Shown here piece after piece: positions 46,221-56,709 of a stretch of 64,000 nucleotides of DNA. Under the pieces are notes generated by a model. The model had not been told where the DNA came from. It searched no databases and worked only from the letters and a program-made list of their open reading frames with translations. The DNA comes from an uncultured Gammaproteobacteria bacterium (lineage in GTDB: Bacteria > Patescibacteriota > Microgenomatia > UBA10105 > UBA927), in assembly GCA_964621305.1 (NCBI GenBank), contig CAZUOM010000007.1:5422-69421 (forward strand). The letters are read 5' to 3'. How positions within the stretch are numbered: the stretch's first letter is position 1; each line of letters begins with the position of its first letter. A program made the position numbers and the translations under genes.

Positions 46221-47408
46221 ATGAAAAGAATCAACATTTTTCTTCTAATTCTTTGTCTCCTCTTGGTTGCCGCGATTATTCTTAAAAAAGAATCACCGCT
46301 TGCTGATCGCATCTATGAATTCTGCAAAAACACCCAGTTTACTCCTTCCTGTTACGACGAGGAAATCCCGCGACTGATGGATGAGCCGACTAATCTCTCG
46401 ATGGAGGATGCATTTGCCGTTACTCGGCTTATTCAACAAAAAGATCCCAAGTACGCATACTGTCATGTATTAGGTCACAAGCTTAGTTTTAAGGAAACAA
46501 GTAAGGATTTATCAAAATGGAAAGACGTAGTTGCTCGCTGCCCTACAACGATGTGCAACAATGGTTGTCAGCATGGGGCACTTACGCGCCGGTTTAATAG
46601 CGAAATATTAACAGACGCGCTAATAAAAGAAATCAGGCCGGACCTATCTGATGTCTGCGAGCCCCGCGGGAAGTGGAACCCAGTGGAGGTGGAGCAGTCC
46701 ATGTGCTACCACGCGCTCGGGCACCTAGCCATGTTCGTCACAAACGCAAATATCACCAAATCCGTTGACCTGTGCCAAACCATCGGCAGCAAGCCGGACG
46801 GCAGAAACTATGTGCAGACTTGTACCGAGGGAACGCTCATGACGGTGTATCAGCCACTGGAGGCAGAGGATCGAGCGCTTGTGAAAGACATTGCTCCGAC
46901 GGCCCAATCAATGCCGCAGTTTTGCAGCCGGTTTACAGGAGAAACATTTCATGCATGCCGCAGGGAATCTTGGCCGCTATTTCGGGAGCAAATCCATACA
47001 CCTGATGGGCTGGTAAAATTCTGCTCGTATACCACAGACGTTAGTGAGCAAAAAAAGTGTTATGCTACAGCATTAAACATCATAGCCGTCATTCTAGTTA
47101 TGGATGATGAACAGAAGGTGGAAAAAATTGCAGATTTTTGCAGGAAATTGCACGGAAAAACCAGGGACCTGTGTTTTGCAAGTAGCGCCCGGCGGCTGAT
47201 ACAGGTTGATCCGAAGCTCGTTTCCCAAGCGCTCGGAATCTGCAAACTCGCCGAGGAGGATGGTTTGGAAAGCAGCTGTTACAACGAACTGATCCGGTTT
47301 TCGACGATTACCTACCACGAGGGATCAAAAGAGATTACCGCTTATTGCAAAAAGTTTCCTGCACAATGGGTCGATCAGTGTCTCCGGCACGAGGTACGGT
47401 ATGATTAA
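46221..47408 (+). CDS. Cys/His-rich exported protein, subtype A
   Basis: N-terminal anchor; 'CHVLGH', 'CNNGCQHG', 'CYHALGH'; 21 Cys counted. Confidence 0.85.
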   Translation: MKRINIFLLILCLLLVAAIILKKESPLADRIYEFCKNTQFTPSCYDEEIPRLMDEPTNLSMEDAFAVTRLIQQKDPKYAYCHVLGHKLSFKETSKDLSKWKDVVARCPTTMCNNGCQHGALTRRFNSEILTDALIKEIRPDLSDVCEPRGKWNPVEVEQSMCYHALGHLAMFVTNANITKSVDLCQTIGSKPDGRNYVQTCTEGTLMTVYQPLEAEDRALVKDIAPTAQSMPQFCSRFTGETFHACRRESWPLFREQIHTPDGLVKFCSYTTDVSEQKKCYATALNIIAVILVMDDEQKVEKIADFCRKLHGKTRDLCFASSARRLIQVDPKLVSQALGICKLAEEDGLESSCYNELIRFSTITYHEGSKEITAYCKKFPAQWVDQCLRHEVRYD

Positions 47409-48558
47409 AGCAGTTCTGGTTATCATAATAGTATTAAGCTATTTTCTCCTGCGGGGGAGCGAAACGACGTCGCTTGCCGGCTATTCCTATCCGCAGCTTG
47501 CCGAATATTTTACGAAGCTTGCCGAGCAAAAGGGGCCGCGGCACGCGTTTGATGTGTTGCGCTCGTCGAAACTGCGGCCGAACACAGATATACACCTTCT
47601 GGGGCACACGATCTCGGACGTCTTATACAAAAAGGAAGGTGCGGCGGGGATGGCCATCTGTACCAATGATTTCCGTAACGCCTGTTCCCACGCTATTGTG
47701 ATTGGCTTGTATAATGACTACGGCGAAGCGGCACTTGAAAAAATTTCCGATGCCTGCCGTAGGGCTCCTGGAGGTAGAGGAGCTTATACCATGTGTTTCC
47801 ACGGTTTGGGTCACGGCATCTTGGCCTATTACGGGTACCGGATGGAAAACGCCCTTGCCTCTTGCGCCAAAACCGGTTCTCTCCAGTACGCTCACCGCGA
47901 AATGATCGAGTGCGTCGGAGGCGCGGTCATGGAGATTGTCGGTGGAGGATTCCATGATCGGGATATCTGGCAACGACAGCGCGTCAAATACCTTTCCAAA
48001 AAGGATCCGCTTGCCCCCTGCAATAAGCCAGTTGTTCCCGATGCGGCAAAACATATGTGCTATTTGTATCTCACACCGAATTTAATTGAACCTTTGGCAA
48101 TTGAATTTGCCACACTGACAGAGCAACAAGTTTCAAAAGCGTTTTCTGCCTGCAGACAGATATCGCTCGTCGAAGTTGCCAATCGTGATTATTGTTTTGG
48201 CGGAGTTGCAAAGGAGTTTCTGGTCATTGTGAAGGCGCGTGATTTTAGGAACATTGAGGAGCTGACGGATGCTGATTTAGACCGTTGGTTTTGGCTTTGT
48301 CGATTAGCAGAAAGCGATGACGGGATAGCTTCTTGCGTCAGACACAGCGTTAACACGTTTTACTGGGGCGGGGAAAATAACCCTAGATTATCCGTTCGTT
48401 TTTGCGGTCGTATTCACGATGTATTTTCGCAAAACGTATGTTATTCTCACCTCATTGGTTCCGTTCATACCTATGCAATAAGCTCAACCATGGTAAGTTC
48501 TGCATGTCGTTTATTGCCGGCATCATATAAAAAGCTTTGTGAAGAACGCACTCTATAA
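47401..48558 (+). CDS. Cys/His-rich exported protein, subtype B
   Basis: 'IHLLGH', 'FRNACSHA', 'CFHGLGHG', 'CVGGAVME'. Confidence 0.85.
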   Translation: MIKAVLVIIIVLSYFLLRGSETTSLAGYSYPQLAEYFTKLAEQKGPRHAFDVLRSSKLRPNTDIHLLGHTISDVLYKKEGAAGMAICTNDFRNACSHAIVIGLYNDYGEAALEKISDACRRAPGGRGAYTMCFHGLGHGILAYYGYRMENALASCAKTGSLQYAHREMIECVGGAVMEIVGGGFHDRDIWQRQRVKYLSKKDPLAPCNKPVVPDAAKHMCYLYLTPNLIEPLAIEFATLTEQQVSKAFSACRQISLVEVANRDYCFGGVAKEFLVIVKARDFRNIEELTDADLDRWFWLCRLAESDDGIASCVRHSVNTFYWGGENNPRLSVRFCGRIHDVFSQNVCYSHLIGSVHTYAISSTMVSSACRLLPASYKKLCEERTL

Positions 48559-49792
48559 ACATCGCAACCGCCTGCTCCCTTTCTTTCTTTTGGTGAATAC
48601 GCTTGGTGTGTTGATGGTCATTGCACATGTGAGAAAACTGCAAGAGGAGCGTATGAATAACATAATGCGAAGATCGATTGTCTCATCGACAAGCCAATAT
48701 GAGGCAAACGAGAGGATTCGTAGAGTAGCCCTTTCATACGGAGCGACGACGGTTTTTTCCGTGCTTTCCGATACGGTATTTCCCGCTTGGATGGACCGTC
48801 ACGCCATCGGGCACACAGCAGGAGAAGTTCTCTATGAACAAAAGGGAATTGGCGCGCTTGTACGTTGCCCAGAAGCATTTCAAAATTCCTGCAGTCACGC
48901 AATTGTCATTAAGTCAATAACCGGCGGCGGCATGGATGCAGTAGACAAACTCATTTCTACCTGCCTACGTATGGGCACAGATGATGTTTCGTTGGGCAGG
49001 TGTTTCCATGGGTTGGGACACGGCGTCCTTGCAGTTTCGGGATATGACGTATCTCGGGTAATGCGTATTTGCCAGAATGGTAGTAGCAAAGGCATCCGCC
49101 TGCTATTTCGGGAGTGCATTGGGGGAGTGTTTATGGAGCTCTTAAGCGAAGAGAAGCACGATCCGGCCAAGTTTGCCGCCGCAACCGAAAAGATTTTATC
49201 TCATGCGGATGGGTTGTACCCCTGTACGGAGCATGAACTTTCTGCGAGTGAACGGCTGGACTGTTTTCACTATCTGCCGATGGTGCTCTTAGGAAGAGCG
49301 GCAGGTTTTGGCCGCGTCTGGCATCTTGACCGTAGCACCTACGCCGCTGCTATGGAAGTCTGCTTGACGGCTTTGTCCGGGGAGGAGCGGGACGAATGTT
49401 TTTCCGGGTTCGGAACGCAGTTTCTTGCCTCCGGCATCCGGGAAGACCGAAAGATGATCGTAAAATCCGACGAAAATAAATTCGAGTGGATCGTTTCCAT
49501 GTGTTCGCTCGTGGACAATAAAACGTCAGCTTCTTCCTGCATCAATGGTGCCGTTTCTTCGATTCTATGGGGGACGGGAAGACTAAAACCTGCTGATAAA
49601 GTCGCCATTGATTTTTGCGCGTCTGTATCAAATAGAGCGCTGGCAGATTCGTGTTTTGACAGTTTGATTCGATTATATTTTGATCGGATGAAATCAGTTG
49701 ATCCAACAGCTTGGTGTGCTCAACTTCCTTCGATACATACAGAAAATTGTATTGCTTCAGGAGCAACGTTAACCAGGGGAATAAAGCAATGA
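48539..49792 (+). CDS. Cys/His-rich exported protein, subtype B
   Basis: 'RHAIGH', 'FQNSCSHA', 'CFHGLGHG', 'CIGGVFME'. Confidence 0.85.
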   Translation: MKNALYKHRNRLLPFFLLVNTLGVLMVIAHVRKLQEERMNNIMRRSIVSSTSQYEANERIRRVALSYGATTVFSVLSDTVFPAWMDRHAIGHTAGEVLYEQKGIGALVRCPEAFQNSCSHAIVIKSITGGGMDAVDKLISTCLRMGTDDVSLGRCFHGLGHGVLAVSGYDVSRVMRICQNGSSKGIRLLFRECIGGVFMELLSEEKHDPAKFAAATEKILSHADGLYPCTEHELSASERLDCFHYLPMVLLGRAAGFGRVWHLDRSTYAAAMEVCLTALSGEERDECFSGFGTQFLASGIREDRKMIVKSDENKFEWIVSMCSLVDNKTSASSCINGAVSSILWGTGRLKPADKVAIDFCASVSNRALADSCFDSLIRLYFDRMKSVDPTAWCAQLPSIHTENCIASGATLTRGIKQ

Positions 49793-52029
49793 AAATAAAG
49801 AAAATACAATACAGAATTCTGTTGCCATTCATCATTATTATTCTTGCTCTGGCATTCACGTTTTTCGGATCAGAGCGAAAATATCCCGAGACAGCCTATT
49901 TGAAAAAACACCTATCTTGGAAGCAGCCTGAAGTTGTTACATATTTTAGTAAGCTTGCCAAAGAAAAGGGCCAGACATATGCTTATGGAGTGCTCGCGGC
50001 AGCACCGCTGCCACCAAATGTTGAAATTCATGTTTTGGCCCATGCGATAAGTGACGTCCTTTACGAAAAGAAAGGCGCAGAAGGAATTGCCGAGTGTAGT
50101 GATGAATTCCGCAACGCCTGCAGCCACGCAATCGTCATCGGGTTGTTTACAGAACAGGGCGAAGGTGCGCTTGATGTAATTGATACTGCCTGTCGAAAAG
50201 CTCCAGGCGGTAAAGCCGCCTATACTATGTGCTATCACGGCCTCGGTCACGGGATATTGGCATATTATGGGTACGATTTTAAGAGCGCTGTTGCCACATG
50301 CCGAAAAACCGGGACGTTTACACGGAAAAATCAGGAATCTATTGAGTGCATCGGCGGAGCGGTGATGGAGCTGGTCGGAGGCGGATTCCATGACCGGGAG
50401 ACCTGGATTGTACAGCGGAAGAAATATCTTTCTGGCGAGGACCTCCTTGCCCCATGCAACAGCAGCTTTATGCCGGATGACGCCCGAGGCATGTGCTACC
50501 TTCACCTAACGTCTCATTTTGTTTTTCCAATGGAGGAACATTTTTCCGAGTTTAGCCGAGAGGATGTCAAAACCGCTTTTGCCGTCTGCAATAGCTTACC
50601 GTTGGAAAGAATTGAAGACCGTGCGTATTGTTTCGGCGGAGTGTCAAAAGAGTTCATCTTCATTCTGAAAAAACGTGATGTCCGAAAGATCCCGTCGTTT
50701 ACCAACCACGATCTTCGTAGGTATGCAGATCTTTGTCTAATAGCTCCAGCTGATGATGGCATTACCGCGTGCATTCGCCACAGCGTCAACACGTTTTATT
50801 GGGGGGGAGCAGGCAGCAAAAATTTAGCTGTACGTTTCTGCCGCGTCATTACAGATGAGAAAAGAAGGGCTGATTGCTTTTCTCATTTCCTTTCCTCTGT
50901 TGTTTTTTACGCCCCCAATAGGTCAACAGTCGATGATGCCTGCAGAAGCGTGCCGTATCGTTACCGGACGGATTGTTTTAAGGGAGAAAAAAACGATAGA
51001 CAGGAGGCTATCAAAAAATTGCTTGAACAAGGAGAAATTTCCAAATCGCTTGATTTGGTTGTTTCTTTTTATCAGGCGGATCCGAACTTTGCCGGGCAGT
51101 GTCATACCTTGACCCATCAAATCGGGGAGGCGGCATTCTGGCTGTTTTCCCAAAAACGCTCATTTGTCGTCACAAGTTCAGCATCCTCCTGCGCGTACGG
51201 ATTCTATCACGGGTTTGCCGAGGAAATGTTCCGAAGTAAAGAGTCAAAAGAGACAGCGGTTTCATTTTGTAAATATGTTGGTAAACAGTCAAAAAACGCG
51301 GGCACCGAGGCGTTTTTCCAGTGTTTCCACGGCATAGGTCACGGCGTATCAAACAGCCATGACAAGATAAATTGGGGCAAAGAGGGCGTGATTCGGGATG
51401 CCGCCGTTTCCGTCTGCAGGAGCGTGTCAAGAACGAAAGTGGAATTTATCTACTGCGTAGGGGGGGTATATAACGGAATAGCCAATTATTATCGAGACGG
51501 CCAGTACGATTTGACTATGGATATGTCTGACCCCTTTCGGCTTTGTGCGGGACAGAAAGGAGACGAACGGACAATGTGTATTATTAATCTGGCCGTTTCC
51601 TATTGGCATTTGTCACAAAAAGATCTTGATAAGACGATTGCTATTTTGTCACCGTTGACTGATACAGAGCGGCAGGCGGCAGTGCGAGAGGTTGCGACGA
51701 AATTCTGGAATGAGAAAGCTTATGGAGATCACGCGACGACAGTAAGTAAGTGTAGGAAGCTTTCTTCTGAATTGTCTCTGCCGTGTTTGCGAGGGTATGC
51801 CATCGGCATGTTTGAGTATGGGCTGCCAGAAAGCGAGTATAAAGAAGCGCTGGCATTCTGTGCTTTAGGGATTCTCAATGATGTCGAATCTTTGGGTTGC
51901 TACGACGGCATAATTTCATTAATATCGAAGTGGTACAGTGAGAAGAAATCGAAGTTGATCTGCAGGATCTTGCCGGGGACGGATTTGCGGGAGACCTGTC
52001 TACGAAGAGTAGAAAAGATCCTAAAATAA
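49789..52029 (+). CDS. Two-domain Cys/His-rich exported protein (subtype B + subtype C)
   Basis: Domain 1 'IHVLAH…ACSHA…CYHGLGHG'; domain 2 'CHTLTH…CAYGFYHG…CFHGIGHG'; ATGA overlap at 49789. Confidence 0.85.
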   Translation: MKIKKIQYRILLPFIIIILALAFTFFGSERKYPETAYLKKHLSWKQPEVVTYFSKLAKEKGQTYAYGVLAAAPLPPNVEIHVLAHAISDVLYEKKGAEGIAECSDEFRNACSHAIVIGLFTEQGEGALDVIDTACRKAPGGKAAYTMCYHGLGHGILAYYGYDFKSAVATCRKTGTFTRKNQESIECIGGAVMELVGGGFHDRETWIVQRKKYLSGEDLLAPCNSSFMPDDARGMCYLHLTSHFVFPMEEHFSEFSREDVKTAFAVCNSLPLERIEDRAYCFGGVSKEFIFILKKRDVRKIPSFTNHDLRRYADLCLIAPADDGITACIRHSVNTFYWGGAGSKNLAVRFCRVITDEKRRADCFSHFLSSVVFYAPNRSTVDDACRSVPYRYRTDCFKGEKNDRQEAIKKLLEQGEISKSLDLVVSFYQADPNFAGQCHTLTHQIGEAAFWLFSQKRSFVVTSSASSCAYGFYHGFAEEMFRSKESKETAVSFCKYVGKQSKNAGTEAFFQCFHGIGHGVSNSHDKINWGKEGVIRDAAVSVCRSVSRTKVEFIYCVGGVYNGIANYYRDGQYDLTMDMSDPFRLCAGQKGDERTMCIINLAVSYWHLSQKDLDKTIAILSPLTDTERQAAVREVATKFWNEKAYGDHATTVSKCRKLSSELSLPCLRGYAIGMFEYGLPESEYKEALAFCALGILNDVESLGCYDGIISLISKWYSEKKSKLICRILPGTDLRETCLRRVEKILK

Positions 52030-52031
52030 CT

Positions 52032-53162
52032 ATGGTGTTCCTTCTTGTATTGGTTGCGGTTGTAGTAACTTCTGCAACAATTACTCATAAAGATATTTCG
52101 CCGTGTAAGCGGATCAGTGATGCAGAGAAAAAACAATGCCAGGCGCGCGAGGTTGATCGGATGCTCGGACGGCCGGATATTGCGCGGGCATGGAAGCTGG
52201 TTGCACAGTTTTCCCGGGATGATCCGTCATTTGCCGAAACCTGCCACGGGCTGACCCACAGCATCGGAAAAACTGCGTATAAGCTTTTTGTGCAAAACAA
52301 ATCAATACCCATAACGAAAGAAACATCGTACTGCTCCTACGGGTTTTACCACGGATTTATGGAAACGCTTCTTAAAGACGGCAGTCCCGCAGCCGCAGCA
52401 CGGGATTTTTGCGACCGGGTTGCCCGAGAAACAAAATCAATCTTACCCGATGCGCGGTATGCCTGCTTTCATGGTATCGGCCACGGGTGGACGAACATAC
52501 ACGAGCCGGCTCTTTTTGGAAATGAAAAAGCAATGGCATTTCCTGCGCTTTTCTTATGTCAAGAAGTTGCCCGGGATAAAGATGAGCTCTTGCGCTGTGC
52601 TACCGGCGTGTTTGACTCAATCTCTATTGCCTACTACAACAAACAGGCAGGGCTCATCGTGAAAAAAGATGATCCGCTGTGGCTGTGCCGGGCGGTGGCA
52701 GAAACATTTCGTGAGGCATGTTACCGCGATATGATGCCTGCCATCTTATGGCTCGGAAATTACCTCTTGTCCCAATCGGTGCTATATGTAGAAAAGTTTG
52801 TGCCGAAAGAGTACGCTGAGCCGGCGATTGCAACGCTTGCCAGCAACAGCGTGCGATACACCATCGGAACAAGTGAAGATTGGCAAAGGGAGTCCCTTGC
52901 TGTCTGCCGCCTGCTGCGGGATGACCTTCGTATTCCCTGCGCAAGCGGTCTTGCAACAGGTATGATGGAATTTGGGCAGCCACAGAAAGAATACATTCTC
53001 GCCTTGTCACTTTGTCGGAAGGATGACCTTTCACGAGCCGAAACAGACGTTTGTTTTCAAAGTGTCCTAAACTATATAGGTAATCGTTATCCAAAAGAAA
53101 AGGCGCAAGCACTTTGCCAATCTATTGAGAGCCAATATCAGAAGTACTGTAAGCGGTTATGA
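52032..53162 (+). CDS. Cys/His-rich exported protein, subtype C
   Basis: 'CHGLTH', 'CSYGFYHG', 'CFHGIGHG'. Confidence 0.85.
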   Translation: MVFLLVLVAVVVTSATITHKDISPCKRISDAEKKQCQAREVDRMLGRPDIARAWKLVAQFSRDDPSFAETCHGLTHSIGKTAYKLFVQNKSIPITKETSYCSYGFYHGFMETLLKDGSPAAAARDFCDRVARETKSILPDARYACFHGIGHGWTNIHEPALFGNEKAMAFPALFLCQEVARDKDELLRCATGVFDSISIAYYNKQAGLIVKKDDPLWLCRAVAETFREACYRDMMPAILWLGNYLLSQSVLYVEKFVPKEYAEPAIATLASNSVRYTIGTSEDWQRESLAVCRLLRDDLRIPCASGLATGMMEFGQPQKEYILALSLCRKDDLSRAETDVCFQSVLNYIGNRYPKEKAQALCQSIESQYQKYCKRL

Positions 53163-54310
53163 GAAATTTTCTGTTTCTTGCCGCAGCCATACTTATTGGA
53201 GCAGTTGTTAGTAAGCCAACAACTGACTCTTTTAACTGCGACAAACTTACCGGTGTCAAACAATTGCAATGTTGGCAGGATGAAATACAACGAATACTCG
53301 AGAAAAATGGCATTGAGGCCGCGCTAACGAAAGTTAATCAATATTACGCTAGTGCCCTAGATTTCGGGCCCCATTGTCATGAGTTCATGCACCCCATTGG
53401 AGCTTGGGCACATTCTCAACTAAACTCAAACCCTTCGTTTAAAATTCCAGTAAATGCGTCATACTGTTCTTACGGTTTTTACCATGGATTTGTGGAAACT
53501 ATGATGGCCAAGAAAGGAGACATAAAAGAAGCAAGGCAGCTGTGCGATCAATCCGATGTTGCCAATCGCAAACTGGGAATCTTTATCAAAGGGTCCTGTT
53601 ATCATGGTATTGGACACGGAATTGCTGGAAGTTTCAACGTGCGTTCAGAAAAAGATCTTTCCACTCTTGTCACCAAGAGCTCGACTTTGTGTCAGGAACT
53701 GGCCGGCGAAGAAGAATTAGTTGAGAACTGTTCCGCGGGTGTGTTTAACGTGATAAGCAACCTCTATATTGCCCACATCGCCGACTGGTTTTTTGATACA
53801 GGTCGTCCTTTTGCCTTGTGTCAACAGTTTGAACGAGTGTATCCTCAATGTTATGCATACATGGTGCTGGTTTTGGTTTACAAAAACAACAGCGATTATT
53901 CAAAGACAACAAAATTATTGGAAGAGGCGCCTTCTGAAAGAGAAAGACGGGCTATCGTTTCGGCTCTCGGCTATAAAATGGGGACACAAAGCGTCAATGC
54001 ACCAGATATAGAAAAGCGGGTTAGTTGGTGCGACTATTTTCCTTTACCCTTTTGGAATACTTGTATCGCCGGTTTTATCCAGGGGCTACTCGGTTATGGA
54101 AAACCCGGAGAGGAATATAAACAGGTCTTTAAATTTTGTTTATCGAATAAACTATTAAACGGGCGGCGCGATGCATGTATGGCAGAAAGCTTTCATTCGC
54201 TTTCCCTCTCTTACACAGTTTCTAAAATAAAACCACTCTGCGAGATCGTTGAGAGCTTTTATAGACAGCAATGCGAAGAAACAGTACGACAAAAGAGTGA
54301 GTTCCATTAA
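53159..54310 (+). CDS. Cys/His-rich exported protein, subtype C
   Basis: 'CHEFMH', 'CSYGFYHG', 'CYHGIGHG'. Confidence 0.85.
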   Translation: MRNFLFLAAAILIGAVVSKPTTDSFNCDKLTGVKQLQCWQDEIQRILEKNGIEAALTKVNQYYASALDFGPHCHEFMHPIGAWAHSQLNSNPSFKIPVNASYCSYGFYHGFVETMMAKKGDIKEARQLCDQSDVANRKLGIFIKGSCYHGIGHGIAGSFNVRSEKDLSTLVTKSSTLCQELAGEEELVENCSAGVFNVISNLYIAHIADWFFDTGRPFALCQQFERVYPQCYAYMVLVLVYKNNSDYSKTTKLLEEAPSERERRAIVSALGYKMGTQSVNAPDIEKRVSWCDYFPLPFWNTCIAGFIQGLLGYGKPGEEYKQVFKFCLSNKLLNGRRDACMAESFHSLSLSYTVSKIKPLCEIVESFYRQQCEETVRQKSEFH

Positions 54311-54322
54311 TAAAAAGATTCT

Positions 54323-55501
54323 ATGAGGAAAACTTTGATTATCTGTTGTATAGCAATACTGACAGGGTTCATTATTGTCCACTCCTATCTACAGCGACGG
54401 CTTGGTGGCCAAAATTTCGACCGCCTCGCAATTAACATCCGAACCGCTTGTCAAAAAGAGCCTGTACGGGCGCTTTGTTATGACAGCGCGCTTCCAAAAC
54501 TTATGAACAATTTTTCGATGGAACAAATATTTGCGCTGGCCAAAGTTATACAAAAGCAGGACACTTCATACGCGTACTGTCACGTTTTAGGTCATAAACT
54601 TTCGACAATCGAAACAAGAAAAGACGTTGGTAAATGGAAAGATGTTATTACGCGCTGTCCATCCGGGGTCTGTTCCAACGGCTGCATCCACGGGGCGTTT
54701 CAGGAGCGTTTTCGGACGGAAACCCTTCCTGATAGTAAAATTGCCGAGATTGCTCCGGAGTTAGAAACCGTCTGTGAAGCACGCGGCTCGTGGACGCCGA
54801 CGGGCTTGGAAAAAGCAAGTTGCTATCATGCGCTCGGGCATCTTCTGATGTACATAACCGGCGCTGATGCGGCAAGGGTAGTAACACTCTGTGATCGGAT
54901 AGGAGATAAAGGGAATAACGGAGACTTTCGCAAGGTATGCTACGACGGGGCATTCATGCAGATCTTTCAACCTCTGGAGCCTGAGGACCGGGCGCTTATT
55001 ACCGGCAAAGTTATAACCAGACTGCAGCACTCGACATTTTGCAAGCGATTCCCCGGGCCAAAAAAAACCGCGTGTATCAGTGAAGGTTGGCCGCTTTACT
55101 TTGACGAGCTGCGGGAGCCCCAGGGGCTTATCAATATCTGTAGTCAGCTTTCAGGCACTAGCTTTGATTCTTGTATTGATTCGGTGCTTTATGTTCTAGT
55201 CGTTCAGTTCCAATTTCATTTGCCGTCGATTAGACAATACTGTATTGGTTTGCCGAAAAAGTTGGCGGGCCGCTGTTTTGCCATGACGGCAAGTAGACTC
55301 ATCGAAACCGATTACGACAACGTGGATACAGCGGTTGCTTGGTGCAAGGAAGCGACACTGGAGACAATAGATTCGTGTTTTTCGGAACTTGTAAAAGAAT
55401 CGGATTTTATTTTTCAGAAAGGGTCGGCAAATCTTTCTGAGTTCTGCGAGAAATTACCGGAACAATGGAGAGAAAGTTGTCTAGGTAAAAAGAGCAAATG
55501 A
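54323..55501 (+). CDS. Cys/His-rich exported protein, subtype A
   Basis: 'YAYCHVLGHKLS', 'CSNGCIHG', 'CYHALGHL'; close paralog of 46221. Confidence 0.85.
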   Translation: MRKTLIICCIAILTGFIIVHSYLQRRLGGQNFDRLAINIRTACQKEPVRALCYDSALPKLMNNFSMEQIFALAKVIQKQDTSYAYCHVLGHKLSTIETRKDVGKWKDVITRCPSGVCSNGCIHGAFQERFRTETLPDSKIAEIAPELETVCEARGSWTPTGLEKASCYHALGHLLMYITGADAARVVTLCDRIGDKGNNGDFRKVCYDGAFMQIFQPLEPEDRALITGKVITRLQHSTFCKRFPGPKKTACISEGWPLYFDELREPQGLINICSQLSGTSFDSCIDSVLYVLVVQFQFHLPSIRQYCIGLPKKLAGRCFAMTASRLIETDYDNVDTAVAWCKEATLETIDSCFSELVKESDFIFQKGSANLSEFCEKLPEQWRESCLGKKSK

Positions 55502-56700
55502 AAGGCTTCACAAAACTCACCTTTTTTGTTGCAGTGGCCGCGCTGGCCTGGGGACTTGTTGGACGCTTGAGAAATGATAAAATGGCGTTTGAGAGGAAAG
55601 TCTCCGCTTGTCACGCGATGGACAAAAAAGTCAAGTTTTCCTGTTACCGAAGCGCTATAGAAATGTACTACCACAGTGACCCATTGGATTTGAGCAAAAA
55701 AATAAAAACAGACGCGAACTTCTCGCGACTTTTGAAGCGAGCAACCGTCGACTCCTCGTATGCCAATTTCGGCACTAATTGTCATACGTTTTATCACGCA
55801 GCCGGAGACTTTCTGGCCGAAAGTTTTCCGGACAATTCCGTCGGCGAAAACCTTGCGCTTTGCAGCGGCGAGTGCACCGCCGGCTGCACCATGGGACTTT
55901 TGAAACGGACGGCGTTGCAGAATAATTTTGCGGAGGATATCCTGCAGGAGTTTTTCCGTTCGTGTAAGACAGGAGAAGAGCACCAGTGCGCCCATGAGAT
56001 CGGACATTTACTCAACGATAAATATGTTACTCCGGTTCTTTTACCGCTCGATGAGATTACCCAAAGCCGCTACGGAGTTAAACTCAACAGTGCATATCAA
56101 TACGTTTCCGCTAAAAAAGCAGATTTTAACGCGCCGTTTGAAGAATGCAAGAAACTGGTTCCCGAAAGCGAGATTGCCTACTGCCTTACGGGAATCGGAC
56201 ACAACATGTTTCTATTTTCCCAGTTTTCCGATGGAGGGTACAAAACAAAGTTTGACGAGTGCCAACGCGTGGAAGCCCGAAACAAAAATGATTGTTACGG
56301 ATTTCTCCTGTACAGGATCGGCATCAATGAAGCGGCGCCGAAAGTTATCCTCAAAGAAGTTGAGGCAGGGCAAGCCGTCTGTAACGAGGCGGTTGCGCTC
56401 ATCGGCCGGGAAGACCTGAAGTACCACTGCTACCTGGGGCTTGGTGGCGGGATCGGTTTGTACCTGGATACCGAGTACGGTTCCCGAAAGCTCACCGACG
56501 AGACGATTCCCGAGGTGCAACAGGCGCTCGTAACCCATGCAGCCCTCTGTGAATCAGTTGAGGCTACGTTTTCTAACAAATGCTATGCAGGTCTTATGGG
56601 AACCAAATTTAAGCTCCTCTATAAACTTCTTGACTTGCGCATCGGGCGGATAGAAAAGCTCCTGCCGGAACTGGACAGCGATTTTGAAGTGGTGGGGTAA
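55498..56700 (+). CDS. Cys/His-rich exported protein, divergent member
   Basis: 'CHTFYH', 'CTAGCTMG' (His->Met), 'CAHEIGH'. Confidence 0.8.
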   Translation: MKGFTKLTFFVAVAALAWGLVGRLRNDKMAFERKVSACHAMDKKVKFSCYRSAIEMYYHSDPLDLSKKIKTDANFSRLLKRATVDSSYANFGTNCHTFYHAAGDFLAESFPDNSVGENLALCSGECTAGCTMGLLKRTALQNNFAEDILQEFFRSCKTGEEHQCAHEIGHLLNDKYVTPVLLPLDEITQSRYGVKLNSAYQYVSAKKADFNAPFEECKKLVPESEIAYCLTGIGHNMFLFSQFSDGGYKTKFDECQRVEARNKNDCYGFLLYRIGINEAAPKVILKEVEAGQAVCNEAVALIGREDLKYHCYLGLGGGIGLYLDTEYGSRKLTDETIPEVQQALVTHAALCESVEATFSNKCYAGLMGTKFKLLYKLLDLRIGRIEKLLPELDSDFEVVG

Positions 56701-56709
56701 ATACCATCA

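Noticed and set aside
46221-56700. Multiheme cytochrome c interpretation of the Cys/His proteins
   Set aside because: No canonical CxxCH motifs; the patterns are CH, CxH and CxxxCxH, and no cytochrome c maturation genes are in the window
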